Assembly: GCA_036149055.1 (NCBI GenBank)
Contig: JAYZQJ010000057.1
Location: forward strand, 1 to 64,000
Source of the DNA: Myxococcota bacterium
GTDB lineage: Bacteria; Myxococcota_A; Polyangia; Polyangiales; Sandaracinaceae
Length of the DNA stretch: 64,000 nt
Direction of reading: 5' to 3'
The position numbers and the translations under genes are program-made. The stretch's first letter is position 1; every line of letters begins with the position of its first letter. Positions 1-10,058 of the stretch are shown here, piece after piece. The notes beneath the pieces were generated by a model. The model was not told where the DNA came from. It saw only the letters and a list, made by a program, of their open reading frames with translations, and searched no databases.

Positions 1-180
1 GCGGGTGTGAGGCCCCCCGGGCGTCGGCGACCTCGCTGCGCTCGTCGCCTGCGGTCGTCTCGGGTCAGTGGTCGTGGAAGCGGGTGTGAGGCCCCCCGGG
101 CGTCGGCGACCTCGCGGTGGTCGTCGCCTGCGGTCGTCTCGGGTCAGTCGTGTGGAGGCGGGTGGAGGCCCCCGGGCGTG
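1..180. repeat. Tandem ~79-bp REP-like palindromic repeat (2 full copies + 1 partial; may extend left of the window)
   Basis: GCGGGTG(T)GAGGCCCCC(C)GGGCGT recurs at 1, 80 and 158; full copies contain a GGCGAC...GTCGCC hairpin; intergenic, downstream of the acyl-CoA dehydrogenase. Confidence 0.8.
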
Positions 181-205
181 GGGGGCCCCGGCGCGGTTCT
201 TTGGC

Positions 206-1942
206 TCAGAACTGCTCGGGGCGGATGTCGAGGTAGCTGCGCTCGGCGGACTCGCAGCGGGCGGCGAGGGCTTCGATGCGGGGGACCTCGGTGGCGATCC
301 AGTACTGGGCGCTGCGGCGCATGCCTTCGGCGAAGTCGTCGTCTCGTCCGTCGACCGCGTTCGACAGCTTAAGGTGCATCCACGCGATGACGAGGATCGA
401 GAAGAGCTCGAGGTAGTCGGCGCTGTGGCCGAGCATGCCCTCGACGTCACCCTGCATGCCGCGCGCGCCGAGGCTGGCGGTGAGCGCGAGGACGCGGCCG
501 AGGGCGGCCTGGACGGGGGCGCCGAGATCGCCGGTCGCGTCGGCGCGCACCGCCTCGGCGAAGGCCTGGAGCGCCGCGCCGCCCTTGGCCACCACCTTGC
601 GCCCGAGCAGGTCGAGGCTCTGGATGCCGGTGGTGCCCTCGTGGATGCTGTTGAGCTTCTGGTCGCGCATCCAGGCCTCGGGCAGGTACTCGCTCGTGTA
701 GCCGTAGCCGCCGAGGACCTGGACCGCGAGAACGTTGGCCTCGAAGCCGGCCTCGGCCGGGAAGCTCTTGGTCACCGGCGTCAGCAGGTCGAGCATCAGG
801 CGGGCGTGCGCGTCGTCGTGGGAGGCGTCGGCGTAGCGCGCGGTCACCGCGCAGAGGCAGAGGCCGCCGTCGACGATCGCCTTCTGCCGGAGCAGCATGC
901 GGCGCACGTCGGCGTGGGCGATCAGGGGCACCGGCGCGCCACCCTTGGCGCCGAGCGCGCGACCCTGCTTGCGCTCCTTCGCGTAGGCGAGCGACTCGTG
1001 GAAGGCGACCGAGGCGGTGGCCACCCCGTTGACCCCGACCTGGATGCGCGCCTCGTTCATCATCTGGAACATGTGGGCGAGGCCTCGGTGCGGCTCGCCG
1101 ACCAGCCAGCCGTGGCAGTCGCCCTCGTCGCCGAAGCCGAGCGCGAGGCTGGGCAGGCCGCGCCAGCCGATCTTGTGGATGACGCCGGTGACGTGCACGT
1201 CGTTGAGCACCAGCCCGTCGCCCTCGGGCCGTCGCCGCGGGACCGCGAACAGGCTGATGCCCTTGGTGCCCTCGGGCGCGCCGTCGATGCGGGCCAGGAC
1301 GAGGTGCACGACGTTCTCGGCGAGGTCGTGGTCGCCGCCGCTGATGAAGATCTTCGCGCCGCGGATCCGGTAGGTGCCGTCGTCGGCCGGCGTCGCGGTG
1401 GTGGTGATGTCCGCGAGGCTCGAGCCGGCGTGCGGCTCGGTGAGCGCCATCGTGCCGGTCCACTCGCCCTCGTACATCGGGGTCAGGAAGCGGGCCTTCA
1501 CCGCCTCGTCTCCGAACGCCTCGATCAGGTGCGCCGCGCCGGTGGTCAGCCACGCGAGGCCGGCCGCCGCGAGGTTGCCGGCCATGAGGTAGGCGTGCGC
1601 GAGCGTGCCGACGGTGAGCGGGAGCTGCTGGCCGCCGACGTCGAACGGGCGCGTGGCCGCGATCGCGCCGAGCTCGCGGAGCGCCGGCCACACCTGCTTC
1701 ATGCGCGGGTGCAGCTTCACCCGGCCGTCCTCCAGGCGCGGCGGCTCCTGGTCCATCGGCCGGTAGGCCGGATAGAGCACCTCGCGCGCGACGCGGCGGC
1801 AGGTCGCGAGGTAGAGCGCGAACGTCTCGGCCGAGTGGTCGGAGAAGGCCGGCAGCGCGGTCAGGGCCTGCGCGTCGACCACGCGGCTCAGGATCAGATC
1901 GACGACGCGGTCATCGATCAGCGGGTTCGAGGAGTCGGTCAC
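206..1942 (-). CDS. Acyl-CoA dehydrogenase
   Basis: [50 protein letters not shown] motifs. Confidence 0.95.
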   Translation of the reverse strand: MTDSSNPLIDDRVVDLILSRVVDAQALTALPAFSDHSAETFALYLATCRRVAREVLYPAYRPMDQEPPRLEDGRVKLHPRMKQVWPALRELGAIAATRPFDVGGQQLPLTVGTLAHAYLMAGNLAAAGLAWLTTGAAHLIEAFGDEAVKARFLTPMYEGEWTGTMALTEPHAGSSLADITTTATPADDGTYRIRGAKIFISGGDHDLAENVVHLVLARIDGAPEGTKGISLFAVPRRRPEGDGLVLNDVHVTGVIHKIGWRGLPSLALGFGDEGDCHGWLVGEPHRGLAHMFQMMNEARIQVGVNGVATASVAFHESLAYAKERKQGRALGAKGGAPVPLIAHADVRRMLLRQKAIVDGGLCLCAVTARYADASHDDAHARLMLDLLTPVTKSFPAEAGFEANVLAVQVLGGYGYTSEYLPEAWMRDQKLNSIHEGTTGIQSLDLLGRKVVAKGGAALQAFAEAVRADATGDLGAPVQAALGRVLALTASLGARGMQGDVEGMLGHSADYLELFSILVIAWMHLKLSNAVDGRDDDFAEGMRRSAQYWIATEVPRIEALAARCESAERSYLDIRPEQF

Positions 1943-1960
1943 CCGCGCAGGGTAGGCCGC

Positions 1961-3580
1961 TCACTCCAGCCCGGCGAGCCGCGCGAGCACCGGATGGGTG
2001 GCCGGCGCGTCGCTCACCGCGCGGCCCTCGAAGACGCCGTCGAACGCGAGCTCCCCGCTCGCCCCGGTCCAGCGCGCGTGCGCGTCGCCCGCCTCGATCG
2101 TCTCGAGGTCGTAGTCGCCGTCCACGTCGGCGAGCCCCGCGCTGCCCGAGAGGCGCAGCGTGTCGTAGTCGTGGAGGTCGCTGAGCGCGGTGCGGACCCG
2201 GCTCTGCAGCATCGCGACGCCGGCCTCGCAGGCGGCGTTCGCGAGCGTCCCGGTGGTGCCGGCGCCGATCCGGGCGGCGATGGCGCGGCAGTCGACGTAG
2301 TCGCCGATCAGCTCCTCCACCGTGTGGTGGCCGCCGCTCATCCGGCTGAGGATCGCGTGGTAGAGCACGGTGTCGACCAGCTCGCCGAAGGGGAGGGCGA
2401 AGGCGTGCTCGTCGACGTCGACGCGCTCGCCGAAGGTCACGACCGTCTCGGCCTCGAGCGACTCGAAGGGGCGGCGGTGCGGGACGCCGTCCGAGAGGGT
2501 GACGGTCATCGCGGTCAGCCGGTGCGCGCCCATCGCCACGCCGTACTCGTCGGGGGCCGGGAAGGAGAGCTCCCCCTCGAAGGTCAGGCCCGAGAACGCG
2601 GCGTCCACGTCGGCGCCGAAGCGGGCCATGTCCGCGACCTGGCGCGGGGTGTGGATCCGGTCGAGCTCGGCCTGCAGCAGGTCCGCGACGATGGCGCGCA
2701 TGAAGCCGCTGCTCAGGCCCGAGCGCACCCAGCCCGGGGCGTGGGGGCTCTCGGCCACCTCGTCGACCAGCCAGCGCGCCGGCGACTCGCTCGAGAGCCC
2801 GCCCGCGACGTCGAGCACCGCGTCGAGCGGGTTGGCGAAGCCGCCGGTCACGTCGAAGGTCTCGACGGTGGCGTAGGGCCCGGCGAGCCCGATCGCGGTG
2901 TCGGCGAGCAGGACGTCGAGGTCCGCGCGGTCGCCCGAGAGGGTCACGTCGGTGCAGGTCTCGGCGGCGACGACGCCGGCGCCGTCCAGGCCGAGCACGT
3001 AGAGCGCCATCGGCACGTCGAGGGGCAGGGCCTCGACCTCGTCCGCCGCGTCGATGGCGAGCGAGCGGGCGGCGATCGGCGCCGGCACCGCGCGGCCGAC
3101 GTCCTCGCAGGAGGCGTTCGCGAAGAGGCCGGCGCGGGCCTCTCGCACGCCGCGCTCGCCGTCGTAGCCCACCCGGAAGCCGAGCGCGCCGTAGCGCATC
3201 GGCCGGACCTCGACGTCGACGCGCGCCGGCGTGGCCCCCGCCGCCGTCGCGCTCACCGTGAAGCGCCCGTCGTCGCCCGCGCGCACCCGGACGGTGGCGA
3301 CCCCCTCGTCGCCGGTCGCGCTCGCCCGCGCCGAGAGGCTGCCGCCGTGGGCCTCGCCCTCGAGCGCGAAGTCGAGGAGCGCCCCGGCCCGCGTCGCGCC
3401 GTCGGCGTCGACGAAGCGGAAGGCCAGCTCGAGCTCGCCGCCGGCCTCGACCTGGGCCACGGCGGCGCCGACCACCTCGACGCGGGCCTGGCCGGGGACG
3501 GCTCCGCCTTCGTCGGGCGCGACGCCTTCGGGCGCGCAGGCGAGCAGGAGCGAGGCGGCGGCGGCGAGGAGGCGGGACAT
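1961..3580 (-). CDS. Hypothetical lipoprotein with probable N-terminal Ig-like domain
   Basis: Lipobox LLLAC after MSRLLAAAAS; beta-rich TGDEGVATVRV segment; start moved to ATG 3580. Confidence 0.65.
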   Translation of the reverse strand: MSRLLAAAASLLLACAPEGVAPDEGGAVPGQARVEVVGAAVAQVEAGGELELAFRFVDADGATRAGALLDFALEGEAHGGSLSARASATGDEGVATVRVRAGDDGRFTVSATAAGATPARVDVEVRPMRYGALGFRVGYDGERGVREARAGLFANASCEDVGRAVPAPIAARSLAIDAADEVEALPLDVPMALYVLGLDGAGVVAAETCTDVTLSGDRADLDVLLADTAIGLAGPYATVETFDVTGGFANPLDAVLDVAGGLSSESPARWLVDEVAESPHAPGWVRSGLSSGFMRAIVADLLQAELDRIHTPRQVADMARFGADVDAAFSGLTFEGELSFPAPDEYGVAMGAHRLTAMTVTLSDGVPHRRPFESLEAETVVTFGERVDVDEHAFALPFGELVDTVLYHAILSRMSGGHHTVEELIGDYVDCRAIAARIGAGTTGTLANAACEAGVAMLQSRVRTALSDLHDYDTLRLSGSAGLADVDGDYDLETIEAGDAHARWTGASGELAFDGVFEGRAVSDAPATHPVLARLAGLE

Positions 3581-3719
3581 GACCGGCGGGACTGCGATGG
3601 CCGTGCCAGGCGTCTCCGTGGGCTCGGGCCCCACGGACTGGCCAGCCGACTGGCCGGTTGGTGGGCCGACGCGGCGTCTCCTCTCGTCACCCCCGACCGG
3701 GGTGCGTATCTTGGGGCTC

Positions 3720-4775
3720 ATGCTCTTCCGCCAGCTCTTCGACTCCGCCTCCTCGACCTACACGTATCTCCTCGCCGACGAGGGCCGGGCGGTCTTGATC
3801 GACAGCGTCTTCGAGCAGCACGCGCGCGACGCGGCGCTCCTGAGGGAGCTGGGGCTGACGCTGGTCGCCACCCTCGACACCCATGTGCACGCCGACCACG
3901 TCACCGGGGCCTGGCGGATGAAGCGCGCCCTCGGGAGCGCCATCGTGGTCTCGGCGCCGAGCGGGGCGCAGGGGGCCGACCGCTACGTGCAGGACGGCGA
4001 CGAGATCGCCTTCGGGGGCCGGCGCCTGCGCGCGATGGCGACGCCCGGGCACACGAGCGGCTGCTTCACCTACGTGCTCGACGACGAGAGCATGGCCTTC
4101 ACCGGCGACTGCCTGATGATCCGCGGCGCGGGCCGGACCGACTTCCAGCAGGGCGACGCCCACGCGATGTTCCACTCCATCCGCGACCGCCTCTTCGCGC
4201 TCCCGGACGACTGCCTGCTCTACCCGGCGCACGACTACCAGGGGCGCACCGTCACCACCGTCGCCGAGGAGCGCGCGCACAACCCGCGGGTCGGGGGCGA
4301 CGCCAGCGAGGGCGACTTCGTCGGCTTCATGGACAACCTGGGCCTGCCGCACCCCAAGCAGATCGACGTCGCGGTGCCGGCCAACCTCAAGTGCGGGGAG
4401 CCCGAGGTGGTGCCCGCGGACAGCGCCTGGGCCCCGCTCGTGCAAACCTACGCCGGTATGCCGGAGATCGACGCCGAGTGGGTCGCGCAGCACCGAGACG
4501 AGGTCCATCTGCTCGACGTTCGCGAGCCCGACGAGCTGACCGACCCCGAGCTCGGCCACGTCGAGGGCGTTCAGAACATCCCCCTCGGTCAGCTCCGCGA
4601 GCGGCTGAGCGAGGTGCCGAAGGACAAGCCGGTGGTGAGCGTCTGCCGCTCCGGGCGCCGCAGCGGTCAGGCCACGGTGATCCTCGCCAAGGCGGGCTGG
4701 ACCGACGTCGCCAACCTCACCGGCGGCATGATCGCCTGGAACGCGAAGGGGCTACCGACCCGTCACGGGGCGTGA
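3720..4775 (+). CDS. MBL-fold persulfide dioxygenase (ETHE1-like) fused to rhodanese
   Basis: MLFRQLFD..SSTYTYLL, THVHADH, TPGHT, GRTDFQ, YPAHDY; C-terminal LLDVREP...CRSGRRS. Confidence 0.92.
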   Translation: MLFRQLFDSASSTYTYLLADEGRAVLIDSVFEQHARDAALLRELGLTLVATLDTHVHADHVTGAWRMKRALGSAIVVSAPSGAQGADRYVQDGDEIAFGGRRLRAMATPGHTSGCFTYVLDDESMAFTGDCLMIRGAGRTDFQQGDAHAMFHSIRDRLFALPDDCLLYPAHDYQGRTVTTVAEERAHNPRVGGDASEGDFVGFMDNLGLPHPKQIDVAVPANLKCGEPEVVPADSAWAPLVQTYAGMPEIDAEWVAQHRDEVHLLDVREPDELTDPELGHVEGVQNIPLGQLRERLSEVPKDKPVVSVCRSGRRSGQATVILAKAGWTDVANLTGGMIAWNAKGLPTRHGA

Positions 4776-5641
4776 CAGCCGACGCAGCTCGTCTCGCCCG
4801 CGCTGAAGAAGCGCGGGTCGTCCATCGGGTCGGCGTTGGTGAAGCGGGCGACCCGTTCGTCGACCTCGTCCAGGAAGGTCTGCGCCTGCGGCCGGTAGGC
4901 CCAGCTCGCGGCGTTCGGGTGCTCGACGGCCAGCGTGTAGTAGCGGCGGGCCTCCTCGACGTTCCCGAGCCGCGCGTGGATGTCCCCGAAGGTCATCAGG
5001 GAGCCCTCCTCGTTGTGCGGGACGTTGTCGTTGGTGCAGACGTCGGTGCGCGCGCCGCAGTCGGCGATCGCGTCGAGGCGCTCGAGGGCCATCGCGGGGT
5101 AGGGCGTCTCGAGCGGCAGCGGGGCGAAGGCGATCGCGAGGCTGAAGTTGTTGAAGTCGGGCCAGCGATCGGCGGCCTCGATCATGTACGCGATGGCCGC
5201 CTCGAGGCGCGCCTCGTCCCCGAGGACCCGCGCCATCGCGACCCGCACCGTGCCGAGCCAGCCGGGGATGCGGGCGTCGTCCGGGTTGACCTCGATGGCG
5301 TGCAGGAGCGCCGGCTCCACGTCGCCGACCACCCGGAAGTCCTCGTCCTCGGCGAGCGCGCTCAGGAGCGCCATCGCGTACATCAGGCTGCCGCGCGGGT
5401 GGTCGGGAGCCAGCGTCAGGCCGTACTCGAGGGTCGCGATGGCCTCGCCCCGCAGCTCCTTCTCGCCCGCGAGGGCGCGGAAGAAGAGCGCCTCGCCTTC
5501 TTCGAGCACCGCCTCCGGATCGGGCGGCGGCCCGGCGTCGGTCGGCCCTGACGCCGCGTCGATCGGCCCAGCGTCGGCGGGGACGGCCGGGCCTTCACAG
5601 CCCACCGAGAGAACGAGGAGAGAGAGGGTCAGCGCGCGCAC
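4763..5641 (-). CDS. Helical-repeat lipoprotein with C-terminal CxxCH motif
   Basis: Lipobox LSVGC, TPR-like helices, ends SCVGCHAP. Confidence 0.6.
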   Translation of the reverse strand: MRALTLSLLVLSVGCEGPAVPADAGPIDAASGPTDAGPPPDPEAVLEEGEALFFRALAGEKELRGEAIATLEYGLTLAPDHPRGSLMYAMALLSALAEDEDFRVVGDVEPALLHAIEVNPDDARIPGWLGTVRVAMARVLGDEARLEAAIAYMIEAADRWPDFNNFSLAIAFAPLPLETPYPAMALERLDAIADCGARTDVCTNDNVPHNEEGSLMTFGDIHARLGNVEEARRYYTLAVEHPNAASWAYRPQAQTFLDEVDERVARFTNADPMDDPRFFSAGETSCVGCHAP

Positions 5642-5708
5642 GATCGCCGACGCTAGTGCAGAGGTCCGACCGGTGGAAGGGGAGATGGCGCGCGGCTAGA
5701 GCGCCGGC

Positions 5709-6356
5709 TCAGGCGGCGGCGTGCGCTCGCGCGGCGGAGAGCCGACAGAGGGCCAGCCCCACGTCGTCGCGCAGGCCTCCGTCCGGCAGCCGGACCGCCC
5801 CGACCAGGTCGCCGGTGACGTCGGCGAGGGTGGCGCGCGGTGAGAACGCGTCGAGCAGCCGCCCGGGCGTCGCGCAGTCCAGGAGCCCGTCGCTCGCGAG
5901 CAGCAGGGTGCCCACCAGGGGGAGCGGGCCGAACGGCACCGGGCGCGCCATGCCGCTGCCGACGCGCCACTTGCGATGCTGCGACGCGGTGAGGTCGAGG
6001 TGATGGCGGTCGTGCACGAGCCACGCCCCCGAGTCGCCGACCGACGCGCCCCAGAAGCGGTCCTGGAACACCTCGGCGATCACCGCGGTGGCCTGGCCGG
6101 CGTCGCGGGCCCCGAGCACCGCGCGGTCGAGCCGCTCGAGGAGCTGCACCACGCCGCGCGCGCCGATCGGCCCGTGCTTCGCCGCCGCGATCTCCCGCAC
6201 CGTGTCCACCACGAGCGAGGCGGCGAGCGCCGCCCCCGTCTGACCTCCGGCGCCGTCGGCCACCACGAGCAGCGCGTGCTCGCGATCCCCGAACACGCCG
6301 ACCCGGTCGTGCCCGCGCCCGAAGGCGCTCTGTGTCGTCTGCGATGTCTCCAGCAT
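5709..6356 (-). CDS. PP2C-family protein phosphatase
   Basis: VVADGAGG, SVGDSGA, LASDGL, RDDVG motifs. Confidence 0.85.
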   Translation of the reverse strand: MLETSQTTQSAFGRGHDRVGVFGDREHALLVVADGAGGQTGAALAASLVVDTVREIAAAKHGPIGARGVVQLLERLDRAVLGARDAGQATAVIAEVFQDRFWGASVGDSGAWLVHDRHHLDLTASQHRKWRVGSGMARPVPFGPLPLVGTLLLASDGLLDCATPGRLLDAFSPRATLADVTGDLVGAVRLPDGGLRDDVGLALCRLSAARAHAAA

Positions 6357-6480
6357 GACCGGGGTATCGGCAACCGCCGTGCCACGGCCGCGGGCGGGCG
6401 CGTGGAGCCTCCGGGCGCGCCTCCCTGCCAGCTTGTCATTCACGCGCCCCCCACCGCTGCCATCGGGGCGAGCGCGCGGC

Positions 6481-7563
6481 TCACCCGCGCCAGGCGGCGA
6501 CGTGGTGGACGAGCTCCGCCGCGAACGCGCCTTCGCCGTAGCGCTCCAGGCTCTCGGCGAGGGTCTCGTGCCGGGTGAAGGCGTGGTCGACGCCGGGGAG
6601 CACGCGCACCTCACCCCCCGCGAACGAAGCGGCCTCGCGCTGTTCCTCGTCGCTCACCACCCAGTCGTGCTCGCCGACGAGGAAGAGGCAGGGCGCGTCG
6701 AGGGCGCGCCAGGCCTCCTCGAGGGGCGCGGCGTCGAGCTGGGCGTGGAAGGCGCGGGTGCGATCGTAGCGACCGTCCCGCAGGGGATCGGCGTCGAAGG
6801 CCTCGAGCTCGCGCCGCACCGTCGCCTCGTCTCGCCCGCGCAGCCGGAGCTGGCGCGCGATCCCGTCGCGGAGACATCGCGTCCAGCGCCGCGCCGAGGT
6901 GCCGAAGGTCGCCACGCCGAGGACCTCTCGATCGCGGGCGAGCAGAGGCGCCAGCATGCCCCCGACGCTGTGGCCGAAGAGGAAGGCGGGCTGACCGAGG
7001 GCGTCGAGCGCGGCCGCGTAGATCGTCCGCTCCGTCTCGAGGTCGATCCCGGCGCAGGGCGGCCCCTCGCTGTCGCCCAGCCCGAAGCGGTCGACCCGCA
7101 GCACCGCGAAGCCCGCCTCCACGAGCCCGTGGACCAGCCGGGCAGCCGGGCGGCGCTCGGCCAGCGCGAAGTCGACGCTCTCGGGGCGGATGCCGGGGAG
7201 GAAGAGCAGGACCGGCGCGTCCGGCGACGGACGGCGAAGGATCGTGCGTACCCGGTGGCCGCCCACGTCGAGCGCGCCGTAGGTCAGCGCGCCCGGGCCT
7301 CGCTCGTCCGGGAAGGGCACCGGGGCGAGCCTGACCTCGTGACGCGCGCCGTCGCGCCGGAGCGTGGCCACGCAGCCCTCCGATCCGAGCGCGCGGCGGA
7401 GGGCCTCGACGTCTGGAACCGGCGCCGCGTCCATCGCCTCGAGCCGGTCGCCGACGCGGAGCGTCTGCGCGGCCATCGAGCCCGGCGCGATCCAGGTGAT
7501 CTCGAGCCCGCCCTCCGCCGGGCGGACGGCGGCGCCGAGGAAGGGGCGGCGGGGCAGCGTCAC
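6481..7563 (-). CDS. PDZ-domain alpha/beta hydrolase
   Basis: PDZ-like N-terminus (FLGA...PGSMAA..LRVGD), GHSVGG nucleophile elbow, GEHD, VDH. Confidence 0.85.
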   Translation of the reverse strand: MTLPRRPFLGAAVRPAEGGLEITWIAPGSMAAQTLRVGDRLEAMDAAPVPDVEALRRALGSEGCVATLRRDGARHEVRLAPVPFPDERGPGALTYGALDVGGHRVRTILRRPSPDAPVLLFLPGIRPESVDFALAERRPAARLVHGLVEAGFAVLRVDRFGLGDSEGPPCAGIDLETERTIYAAALDALGQPAFLFGHSVGGMLAPLLARDREVLGVATFGTSARRWTRCLRDGIARQLRLRGRDEATVRRELEAFDADPLRDGRYDRTRAFHAQLDAAPLEEAWRALDAPCLFLVGEHDWVVSDEEQREAASFAGGEVRVLPGVDHAFTRHETLAESLERYGEGAFAAELVHHVAAWRG

Positions 7564-7594
7564 GACGCCGGAGTATCGACTACTCTCGGCGGCG

Positions 7595-8512
7595 GTGCAG
7601 GCTCACGTCTTCCACCCTCACGCGGCGCGCGTCGTCCGCATGCTCGACGGCGCGGGCCACCACGTCGTCGCGCTCGAGGACCGAGAGGCGCTCGACGCCG
7701 CCCTGCCGGAGGTCCGCGTGCTCTTCGCGCCGATGCCGCCCCGCTCGGGCTGGGCGCGCGCCCGATCGCTCGAGTGGGTGCAGCTCGCCGGCGCCGGGGT
7801 CGATCACTTCCTGCCGTCGCCCGACCTGCCCGAGCGTGTGGTCGTGACCAACGCGCGCGGCGTCTTCGCCGACGAGGCGGCGGATCACGCGATGATGATG
7901 GTGCTCGCGCTGACCCGCCGCCTGCCGCGCCTGGTCGAGCAGCAGCGCGCTCACCGCTGGGAGATGCACGCGATGCCGAAGCTCGCGGGGCGCACCCTGC
8001 TCGTCCTCGGGCTGGGCGAGATCGGGAGGCGCGTCGCCGCTCGCGCGATCGCGTTCGGGATGCGGGTCCGCGGCGTGCGGCGGAGCGGCGCGCCGGTCGA
8101 CGGAGTGGAGGTCTCGGCCGAGGTCACGCCGGCGCTCGTCGCCGAGAGCGACGCGGTCGTGATCGCCCTCCCGCGCACCGCCGAGACCGATCACATCCTG
8201 CCGGTGGACGCGCTCGCGCCTCACGCGGTGGTCGTCGACGTGAGCCGGGGAGGGCGGGTCGACGCGGCCGCGCTCGCGGCTCGGCTGCGGGCCGGGACCC
8301 TCGGCGGCGCCGCGCTGGACGTCTTCGAGGAGGAGCCGCTCCCGCCGGACAGCCCGCTCTGGGACACGCCCGACCTGATCGTGACCCCTCACGTCGCCGG
8401 GTACGGCGAGCGCTACCTCGCGCGGGCGACCGCGTTCTTCCGCGCGAACCTCGAGCGCTTCGCCGCCGGCCGGCCGCTGCGAGGCCTCGTCGACCGAGAA
8501 GCGCGGTACTGA
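7595..8512 (+). CDS. D-2-hydroxyacid dehydrogenase (NAD-binding)
   Basis: AGVDH, GLGEIG, VSRG, LDVFEEEPLP, TPHVAG; start approximate. Confidence 0.92.
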   Translation: MQAHVFHPHAARVVRMLDGAGHHVVALEDREALDAALPEVRVLFAPMPPRSGWARARSLEWVQLAGAGVDHFLPSPDLPERVVVTNARGVFADEAADHAMMMVLALTRRLPRLVEQQRAHRWEMHAMPKLAGRTLLVLGLGEIGRRVAARAIAFGMRVRGVRRSGAPVDGVEVSAEVTPALVAESDAVVIALPRTAETDHILPVDALAPHAVVVDVSRGGRVDAAALAARLRAGTLGGAALDVFEEEPLPPDSPLWDTPDLIVTPHVAGYGERYLARATAFFRANLERFAAGRPLRGLVDREARY

Positions 8513-8579
8513 AGAAAAAAATCCTAAAGGTCGGCGAGGGGGCGACGTACTCATCCCTCAGCAGCGAACAACGACTGGG

Positions 8580-8675
8580 AGTCGGTCGAAAGGGCAACCG
8601 CGAACGAAAGGCGCGGACGCAAAGCTCCTGACCTACGGGACCCTGGGTCCTACGGTTTGAAGAGCCGCCGAAACG
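8580..8675 (+). ncRNA. c-di-GMP-I (GEMM) riboswitch
   Basis: GGGCAACC..GAAA..GGACGCAAAGC...CTAC..TACGG...GCCGCCGAA matches the GEMM-I layout; in the 5' UTR of the gene at 8715. Confidence 0.8.
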
Positions 8676-8714
8676 GCACGGTTGACTCCCCCCCGAAAGG
8701 AACAGGAGTCCACC

Positions 8715-9194
8715 ATGAAGCCGATCCACGCGTCCCTCGTTCTCGCCGTCGCCCTCGCCTCCGGCTGCGCCGCCTCGGCCACCCAGCAGGACCGCGCGAG
8801 CCTCCCGCGCCACCAGTGGACCGACGCCGAGTGGTACGGCCAGGCCATCGACGAGGCCATCGACGCCTACGAGGCCGAGGTCGAGCTCGCCGCCAGCCGC
8901 ACCTACGCGTCGGCCGCCGAGGCCGAAGCGGTCTCGATGTCGCACGGCGAGTCGCACTTCGACGCCCACCTCCACGCCGCGCTCGACCGCTACGGCCTGA
9001 CCTTCCGCGGCCTCCGCCTCTACGCCCGCCGCCACCCCGAGTTCGCGGCCCAGCAGGAGGCCCTCAACACGGTCCGCATGGACGCCATCCGGTCCACCCA
9101 CGCGACCATCGCGAGCCGCGTCGCGCCCAACCGAACCCTCGTCGCGTTCGAGTCCCCCGAAGCGGAGACCGGGCGCCTGGCTTCCCGGAAGTAA
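8715..9194 (+). CDS. Hypothetical lipoprotein downstream of the riboswitch
   Basis: AGGAG RBS, MKPIHASLVLAVALASGC lipobox. Confidence 0.75.
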   Translation: MKPIHASLVLAVALASGCAASATQQDRASLPRHQWTDAEWYGQAIDEAIDAYEAEVELAASRTYASAAEAEAVSMSHGESHFDAHLHAALDRYGLTFRGLRLYARRHPEFAAQQEALNTVRMDAIRSTHATIASRVAPNRTLVAFESPEAETGRLASRK

Positions 9195-9284
9195 GACTTC
9201 CTCTCCTTTTTCTCTCCAAACCAACCCAACGCACCCCGACGCGCGTCCGGATCCTCCGGGCGCGCGCCGGTGTTTTCGCGTTCT

Positions 9285-10058
9285 TCAGGCCGTGATCTCG
9301 GCCCAGCGCTCGCTCGCCGCCCAGAGGCCCTCGGCCAGCGCGTCGTCGCGGGCCAGCGGGGCCGGGGCGCGGGGCGCGCGATCGCAGTAGAGGCCGGGCG
9401 CGACCGCCTCGGTGGCGCACCACACCGGCGTCTCGGCGCCCTCGGCGGGCGCCTTCATGCGGCAGGTGATCAGCGGGCGGACCGGCCAGGGCACATGGCG
9501 CCACGCGTCGGAGGCGACGTCGCCCGGATCGGCGACGAGGCTGCGCACGCCGCGCCGGACGAGCGCGTGGTGGAAGAGCATCACCGCGAGCTTGGAGCGC
9601 GCGTACTCGCGGAAGCCGGTCAGGCTCCTCGTCGGCGCGCGCGCCGCCTCGAGCCCGAGCGAGCGCGCCCGCTCGTGGGACCCGCTCCCGAGGTGCACCA
9701 CGCGGTCGAAGCGGCAGAGCCGGGTGAGGAGGAAGTGGCCGAGGTGGTTGACGCCGAACGCGCGCTCGAAGCCCTGACGGGTCACGCCGCGCGCGCCGGC
9801 GACGCCGGCGTTGTTGACGAGCGCGTCCAGGCGGAGCGCGCCGAGCGACGCGGCGGCGGCGCGCACGGAGTCGAGGTCCCCGAGGTCGAGGCGGAGGAAG
9901 CGGCTCCCCGGCACGGAGCGCAGCGCGTCGGCGGCGCGGGCCTCGCTGCGGCACGCGAGGATCACGCGCGCTCCGCGGCGGCCTAGCGCCTCGGCGGTGG
10001 CCCGGCCGACCCCGGTGTTGGCCCCGGTGACGAGGTAGACGCGGCCGCTCAGATCCAC
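9285..10058 (-). CDS. SDR family oxidoreductase (retinol dehydrogenase-like)
   Basis: TGANTGVG, NNAG, FGVNHLGHF, YARSK. Confidence 0.92.
   Translation of the reverse strand: MDLSGRVYLVTGANTGVGRATAEALGRRGARVILACRSEARAADALRSVPGSRFLRLDLGDLDSVRAAAASLGALRLDALVNNAGVAGARGVTRQGFERAFGVNHLGHFLLTRLCRFDRVVHLGSGSHERARSLGLEAARAPTRSLTGFREYARSKLAVMLFHHALVRRGVRSLVADPGDVASDAWRHVPWPVRPLITCRMKAPAEGAETPVWCATEAVAPGLYCDRAPRAPAPLARDDALAEGLWAASERWAEITA

Noticed and set aside
68..5551. 1827-aa plus-strand ORF, and many other long overlapping ORFs
   Set aside because: Shadow frames of real genes in very high-GC DNA; Arg/Gly/Ala-rich with no motifs, overlapping well-supported CDSs.
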